A stretch of DNA of 44,205 bases, from NCBI GenBank assembly GCA_947631695.1, contig CANRMH010000001.1, forward strand, positions 1 through 44,205, written 5' to 3'. The DNA is from an uncultured Lachnospiraceae bacterium (lineage in GTDB: Bacteria > Bacillota > Clostridia > Lachnospirales > Lachnospiraceae). The position numbers were made by a program, and so were the translations under genes. The notes under the pieces are model-generated. The model was not told the DNA's origin, did not search any database, and saw only the letters and a list, made by a program, of their open reading frames with translations. This document shows positions 39,539 to 44,205 of this stretch, piece after piece (within the stretch, counting starts at the first letter, position 1; each line of letters starts with the position of its first letter).

Positions 39539-41689
39539 CTACAGCGCGCTCTGTATCTCTTCCTCAGAGAGCTGGCCGCGCGCAATTTCCAGATATGTCT
39601 CGCAGCTCTCCAGCAGTTCCGCATGGGTTCCCGTCCCGACGATCCTGCCATCCTCCATCACGAGGATCCGGTCGGCGTGCATGATCGTGGAGATCCGCTG
39701 CGCCACGATCACCACCGTCGCGTCCTTCGTCCGCTCAGCAAGAGCCTTGCGAAGAGCCGCGTCCGTCTTGTAATCCAGCGCGGAGAAGGAATCGTCAAAG
39801 AGGAAAATCTGCGGATGCTTCGCGATCGCCCTCGCAATGGAGAGCCTCTGGCGCTGCCCGCCGGACACGTTGGATCCGTTCTGGGCGATGGACGCCTGAT
39901 AGCGCTTCTTTTTGGTCTCGATAAACTCCTCGGCCTGCGCGATCTGCGCGGCGGCTTCCATATCCTCGTCCGTGATCTGATCTCCGCCGTATTTCAGATT
40001 GCTCTCGATGGTTCCGGAAAACAGGATTCCCTTCTGCGGCACATAGCCGATGCTGTCCCGGAGCTTTCTCTGGCTGATCTCCCGGATATCTACCCCGTCG
40101 ATCGCAATGCTTCCCTCCGTCACATCATAGAACCGGGGGATCAGGTGCATAAGCGTAGATTTTCCGCATCCTGTGGAACCGATGATCGCGGTCGTCCGCC
40201 CCGGCTCGGCCGTAAATGTAATGTGTTCCAGCACGGGTTCCTCCGCACCGGGATATGTGAAGGAAACATCCGAAAATGTAAGCGTCCCCTTCATATTCTC
40301 AAGCTCTTTATCCCTGGTCTCCCGCGCATCTTTCAGGGAAACCGGCGTATCCAGGACCTCCCGGATACGGTCCGCCGCAACGCCCGCGCGCGGCAGCATA
40401 ATGGAGATCATCGAAAGCATCAAAAACGACATGATGATGACCATAGAATAAGTAATAAACGCAGTGAGATCGCCGACCTGAACCGTTCCCTGATCCACTC
40501 CTTTGCCGCCGACCCACACGATCAGCACGGAGACTCCGTTCATGATCAGCATCATCACAGGCATCATAAACGTCATCGTCCTGTTGGTAAAAAGCTGCGT
40601 CCGGAACAGGTCGGTATTCGCCTTCGCAAAGCGCTCTTCCTCATACTTCTGACGTCCGAACGCACGGACGGGCATCACCCCGGTCAAAAGTTCCCTGGAA
40701 ACCAGATTCAGCCGGTCAACCAGCTGCTGCATGATCTTAAACTTCGGGTACGCCACGGCAAACAGGATCGAAATGCACACCGCCAGCGCAAGAACCGCGA
40801 CCACGATGATCCAGCTCATCTGCGATCCGGTCTGAACGACCTTGATCACACCCGCAACCGCGAGGATCGGCGCGTAGCTCACCATCCGAAGGAGCATCAC
40901 GGACAGCATCTGCACATGCTGAATATCGTTGGTGCAGCGTGTGATCAGCGACGCCGTGGAGAATTTCTCAATTTCCGCGCTGGTAAAACTCATCACCTTC
41001 GTGTAGAGCTGTTCGCGCAGGTCGCGCCCTATCCCGGCGGATACCACGGACGCGATATAGCCAACCAGAATGGCAACCACCGCCATAAGGAGCGCCATGA
41101 CCAGCATTTTTCCCCCAACGCGGAACAGGTATCGGTTGCGGATCTGGTTCAGATCTATTCCCTGCGTCTCATACTCCGCAGAGACATAGCCGATTGCCAC
41201 CTGACTCAGATAAGTCTCCGTCAGTCCTTCCATCTGCGAAAGTTTCTCCTCCATCTGCCGGCGGACGTCCGCACCGGACATCGCCCCGGAGGCCACCGCC
41301 GCCTGGATCTGCTCCAGCATGGCAGCTCCCTCGTCGCTTCCTGACATCTGAAAGACCACGCTCTCCGGCAGGAGCAGGATCTCGTCGAGAACCTCCCTGT
41401 CTGCATCCTCCGAAAGCTTTCGGATCCCGTCCGCATCTTCCTCCCGGTAAGCCTTCTCCAGAACCTCCGCGTCCTCATCTGCCAGAAACAATTCCAGCGT
41501 TCGCAGGCTCTCGTCCCGGATCGTGTCCGGAACCGCGTCCTCCACGCCGTTCTGCTGTAGTCCCACATTCAAAAGGTCACTGGTGTAGGAGGGAATCGCC
41601 AGGTCGCAGTACGCCTGCACGATCAGAAGCAGTACGATCCCCAGCACCGCGCCCTTCGCCTTTGCCATAAACCGAAAAATATTTTTCAT
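39539..41689 (-). CDS. Heterodimeric ABC exporter, degenerate TMD-NBD subunit with a large extracellular loop
   Basis: GSTGCGKST, VSGGQRQR, FDDSFSALD (E to D), VAQR (H to Q); about 150 hydrophilic aa after TM1. Confidence 0.93.
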   Translation of the reverse strand: MKNIFRFMAKAKGAVLGIVLLLIVQAYCDLAIPSYTSDLLNVGLQQNGVEDAVPDTIRDESLRTLELFLADEDAEVLEKAYREEDADGIRKLSEDADREVLDEILLLPESVVFQMSGSDEGAAMLEQIQAAVASGAMSGADVRRQMEEKLSQMEGLTETYLSQVAIGYVSAEYETQGIDLNQIRNRYLFRVGGKMLVMALLMAVVAILVGYIASVVSAGIGRDLREQLYTKVMSFTSAEIEKFSTASLITRCTNDIQHVQMLSVMLLRMVSYAPILAVAGVIKVVQTGSQMSWIIVVAVLALAVCISILFAVAYPKFKIMQQLVDRLNLVSRELLTGVMPVRAFGRQKYEEERFAKANTDLFRTQLFTNRTMTFMMPVMMLIMNGVSVLIVWVGGKGVDQGTVQVGDLTAFITYSMVIIMSFLMLSMISIMLPRAGVAADRIREVLDTPVSLKDARETRDKELENMKGTLTFSDVSFTYPGAEEPVLEHITFTAEPGRTTAIIGSTGCGKSTLMHLIPRFYDVTEGSIAIDGVDIREISQRKLRDSIGYVPQKGILFSGTIESNLKYGGDQITDEDMEAAAQIAQAEEFIETKKKRYQASIAQNGSNVSGGQRQRLSIARAIAKHPQIFLFDDSFSALDYKTDAALRKALAERTKDATVVIVAQRISTIMHADRILVMEDGRIVGTGTHAELLESCETYLEIARGQLSEEEIQSAL

Positions 41690-41774
41690 ATGCAAAATCC
41701 TTTCCGAAATTTTTTGTTATCCGGCCTCCGCCGCTGGGAAATCTCACTCTCAAAACCCAAGTGAAATCAAATCC

Positions 41775-42218
41775 TCAAAACCGGAGCCGCTTGATCCTGT
41801 CCGCATTCTCATTGATGACCTTCAGACATCTCATGCCGGCTTCCCTGTCCTCTTCCGTCAGGCCATCATAGATCTCCGCGAAAAACGCCTCCTGCGCGGC
41901 TCTTCCCCTCTCAATGATCCGCTGCGCCTTCTGCGTACACACGAGCTGCACCTTCCTGCGGTCCCCCTCCACGGAGAGACGCTCGAGATATCCCTCGACG
42001 ACCAGCTTGTTGACATTCACCGACAGGATGTTCTCCTTAAATCCCCTCCCTCTGCTGATGTCCTTCGCCGTACAGCCTTCGGGATTGTACGCCAGAAACA
42101 GCAGGATGTCAAGCGCCATCTGCGGCATGCCAAGTTCCCTGCACAGCGGCTTACAATAATTCTCATAGGCCTCAAGATAATTCTGCAGCACGGCGATACT
42201 GTTTTCCCCGCTCATCAT
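41775..42218 (-). CDS. MarR-family transcriptional regulator
   Basis: TAKDIS ... SVNVNKLVVEGYLER ... GDRRKVQLVCT; ATG 42218 or 42215 behind GGAGG. Confidence 0.9.
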   Translation of the reverse strand: MMSGENSIAVLQNYLEAYENYCKPLCRELGMPQMALDILLFLAYNPEGCTAKDISRGRGFKENILSVNVNKLVVEGYLERLSVEGDRRKVQLVCTQKAQRIIERGRAAQEAFFAEIYDGLTEEDREAGMRCLKVINENADRIKRLRF

Positions 42219-42233
42219 TTGCACCTCCAAAAG

Positions 42234-42298
42234 TTCAAATTCGGATTCTCCAAAATTGAAGTATTCAATATTGTAATACCTTCCCTGCGATGTGTCAA
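42234..42298 (-). promoter_or_regulatory. marR-ABC promoter with three palindromic operator-like boxes
   Basis: TTGACA, 17 nt, TACAAT; then TACAATATTGAA, TTCAATTTTGGA and TCCGAATTTGAA at 15-bp period. Confidence 0.65.
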
Positions 42299-42479
42299 GA
42301 GGAAATGTGCCTGGAGAGTTCTTCTCAACTCCAAAATTTGGCGGCATCAGTCAGGAATTAAGTGTCTTCTGTCTTTAAAAATCATGGCTGGAAAAAGAAA
42401 GAACCGGGAATCCTTACTGGTCACGGAGTGAACAGTAACCGGGAACCTGTGAAAAGATTTTTAGATTACATAAAAATAA

Positions 42480-42508
42480 TTGAAAAGGTAAACCCTATAT
42501 GCTAAGAT
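42480..42508 (+). promoter_or_regulatory. Sigma-A promoter of the small toxin mRNA
   Basis: TTGAAA, 17 nt, TAAGAT with TGn extension. Confidence 0.65.
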
Positions 42509-42574
42509 ACGAATAGGAACAATCGTGTTGCAGGGTGGCTGACCTCTATTCTACATAGAATGGGGGTGGTGCTG

Positions 42575-42664
42575 ATGAAGAACAAATTCAGTTTCAATGA
42601 TCTGATGCAGTTCGGTTTATTCATCCTGGCATTGCTGACATTTATTTATTTGATCTGTCATTGA
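42575..42664 (+). CDS. Putative type I toxin, 29-aa single-TM holin-like peptide (not in ORF track)
   Basis: MKNKFSFNDLMQFGLFILALLTFIYLICH*; RBS GGGGGTGG; flanking UTRs are complementary to each other. Confidence 0.78.
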   Translation: MKNKFSFNDLMQFGLFILALLTFIYLICH

Positions 42665-42675
42665 TGTTATAAAGC

Positions 42676-42773
42676 ATAGAAAAACCACCCTATAAACTTT
42701 GACCAAGTGACCCGGGTGGAATTTCTATCTAAATTACGAGGTCAACCCCTTGTGGGCGATTGTTCCTTTTCAT
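42676..42773 (-). ncRNA. Putative antisense antitoxin RNA, about 100 nt
   Basis: Convergent promoter at 42808-42780; ends in hairpin CCACCC...GGGTGG-TTTTT (42728-42676); covers the toxin 3' UTR. Ends are estimates. Confidence 0.6.
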
Positions 42774-42779
42774 ATTTTT

Positions 42780-42808
42780 AATATAGCACATTTAACGGCA
42801 AGACGCAA
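42780..42808 (-). promoter_or_regulatory. Sigma-A promoter of the antisense RNA
   Basis: Minus strand TTGCGT, 17 nt, TATATT with TGn extension. Confidence 0.6.
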
Positions 42809-42832
42809 GCAGTTTCGAAAATCGGGATAACG

Positions 42833-43300
42833 CTACAGTTCTTCCGTCTTAAACGCCTCGTAGCCCTCATAACAGTAGCTGTGGTCGATACCTTTCATAT
42901 AGACCTCCCGGCTGTCCACATCGCCGGTCAAGGCATTTTTCAACAAATGTTTGATCTCGATGTCCTTGATCGGACTGCGTTCCATGGCAAGGAGATAGTC
43001 ATCCTTGTCCACCCGGCTCCAGTCTACAACTTTGTGCAGAGCAGCTTTCAACATCAGATCCAGCCAAATGCGGGCGCTGCGTCCATTTCCTTCCCGGAAC
43101 GGGTGAGCGATATTTATTTCTATATATTTTTCGACGATCTCGTCAAAGGTGGACTGTGGCATTTTTTCGATGTTTGCAAGAGCCGCCTCCAGATACATCA
43201 CCGGTACAAATCTGAAATTGCCTTTTGCGATGTTCACGGTGCGGATCTTTCCGGCAAAATCGTAAATCTCATCAAAAAGGTATTTATGAATGGCTTGCAA
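42833..43300 (-). pseudogene. fic: 5'-truncated class III Fic-family adenylyltransferase
   Basis: Fic motif [12 protein letters not shown] and C-terminal inhibitory SYCYEG. No RBS at the TTG; in-frame Fic-like sequence continues upstream ([15 protein letters not shown]) and meets a stop with no start codon. Confidence 0.75.
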
Positions 43301-43364
43301 AGCAGAAAAAGCACCCGGCGTCAGCGTATGCCTCGGCCTGGTCTGAACAGTAACATCTTCCCAT

Positions 43365-43438
43365 CCGCCGCAGTGCGATCCCGCGGAACGCTTTTTGTTT
43401 CATAGGGGACAAAGTTTCCTGTGAAACAAAAAAGTGCG
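43365..43438 (-). repeat. Two-hairpin repeat, copy A, abutting the tRNA-Leu 3' end
   Basis: See copy B at 37524-37584. First hairpin TTTTTGTTTCACAGG...CCTATGAAACAAAAA could also serve as the tRNA terminator. Confidence 0.75.
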
Positions 43439-43514
43439 GATAACAGGACTTGAACCTGCACGGGAATCCCACCAGATCCTAAATCTGGCGCGTCTGCCAT
43501 TCCGCCATATCCGC
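43435..43514 (-). tRNA. tRNA-Leu (anticodon TAG)
   Basis: Acceptor GCGGATA/TATCCGC plus A, anticodon arm CCAGA-TTTAGGA-TCTGG, variable arm GGGATTCCC, T arm GCAGG-TTCAAGT-CCTGT; CCA not encoded. Confidence 0.97.
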
Positions 43515-43552
43515 ATATCCGAGGGAACCTAAGGATCCCTGGAAACATGTTG

Positions 43553-43581
43553 ATTTTATCCCATTTTCTGCTTTTTGTCAA
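43553..43581 (-). promoter_or_regulatory. Sigma-A promoter of tRNA-Leu
   Basis: TTGACA, 17 nt, TAAAAT. Confidence 0.8.
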
Positions 43582-43595
43582 TCTGCAAAAAAGCA

Positions 43596-43624
43596 TTGAG
43601 AAATTTCTCTTCTTATGCTATGAT
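43596..43624 (+). promoter_or_regulatory. Sigma-A promoter upstream of hydG
   Basis: TTGAGA, 17 nt, TATGAT with TGn extension. Confidence 0.7.
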
Positions 43625-43733
43625 ATTTGAGTCGATTGACAACATACGTACTGATCATAAAGGAATCCCTGAGTGAAAAGGCGCGATATAAAATGAATGA
43701 TCCAGAAGGCGGTACACGTCCTTCTTTTCATGA

Positions 43734-43764
43734 CCTGCGCCCGCTCGGCGCGGGTTTTTCTTTT
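43734..43764 (+). terminator. Intrinsic terminator inside the hydG leader
   Basis: CCTGCGCC-cgctc-GGCGCGGG followed by TTTTTCTTTT, about 30 nt before the hydG ATG. Confidence 0.75.
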
Positions 43765-43793
43765 AAATGACGATATCACAGGAGGGAAAAAAC

Positions 43794-44205
43794 ATGTATG
43801 ACGTTCATTCCAAACACGCAGACGACTTTATCAACCATGAGGAGATTCTGGATACGCTGGCATACGCGGACGAAAACTGCCGGAATCTTCCGCTGATCGA
43901 ATCCCTGATCGAGAAGGCGAAGCTCCGCAAAGGACTCTCCCACCGGGAGGCGTCCGTCCTGCTCGCCTGTCAGGATGAGGAGATGAACCAGAAAATTTTC
44001 AAACTGGCGGAGCAGATCAAGAAGGATTTCTACGGCAACCGCATCGTAATGTTCGCGCCGCTGTACCTGTCCAACTACTGCATCAACGGATGCACCTACT
44101 GTCCGTATCACATGAAAAATAAACATATCGCCCGGAAGCAGCTCTCCCAGGAGGAGATCCGCCGGGAGGTCATCGCCCTTCAGGACATGGGCCATAAGCG
44201 GCTCG
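43794..44205 (+). CDS. hydG: [FeFe]-hydrogenase H-cluster radical SAM maturase HydG, 5' part (runs off the window; not in ORF track)
   Basis: Manual translation MYDVHSKHADDFINHEEILDTL ... FYGNRIVMFAPLYLSNYCINGCTYCPY ... LQDMGHKRL; AGGAGG RBS. ThiH is the close paralogue, but this N-terminus fits clostridial HydG better. Confidence 0.88.
   Translation, partial: MYDVHSKHADDFINHEEILDTLAYADENCRNLPLIESLIEKAKLRKGLSHREASVLLACQDEEMNQKIFKLAEQIKKDFYGNRIVMFAPLYLSNYCINGCTYCPYHMKNKHIARKQLSQEEIRREVIALQDMGHKRL

Noticed and set aside
42350-42480. Possible gene remnant (EPVKRFLDYIK) and AACCGGGAA direct repeat
   Set aside because: Too short and interrupted to assign without a search.
43284-43596. Short minus-strand ORFs at 43284-43472 and 43321-43596
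   Set aside because: They overlap tRNA-Leu and its promoter; no RBS or motif.
43660-43730. Tyrosine T-box in the hydG leader (GAGTGAAA loop, AAGGCGGTACA)
   Set aside because: Too short for a canonical stem I and lacks the TGGNACC bulge; kept only as an unassigned attenuator.
43776-44195. 139-aa minus-strand ORF
   Set aside because: Antisense shadow of hydG, which the track missed because it runs off the window.

Overview
This is a clostridial (Lachnospiraceae-like) chromosomal window. Left to right it holds adhE under two Rex-like boxes, then the complete S10-spc-alpha ribosomal superoperon on the minus strand (rpsJ to rplQ, with secY, adk, map, infA, rpoA and an rpmJ too short for the ORF track). 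An accessory stretch follows: an unannotated 45-aa ORF with its own promoter, an ECF sigma/anti-sigma pair, a SAM methyltransferase, degV, a TetM/EF-G-like GTPase fused to a YacP/Rae1-type NYN nuclease, an SLH-anchored GH97, a nitroreductase and an OmpR-type two-component system with a PepSY protein. The right end carries a preQ1-I-riboswitch-controlled queD-queE-folE-queC-queF operon, a MarR-regulated heterodimeric ABC exporter, an unannotated type I toxin-antitoxin locus, a truncated class III fic, tRNA-Leu(TAG) and the start of hydG. The best leads are the GTPase-NYN fusion, the type I TA module, tandem hairpins with a shared loop motif ahead of rplQ, a duplicated two-hairpin element with compensatory changes, and an attenuator-like hydG leader. 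All calls come from reading the sequence and from family knowledge; no searches were run.
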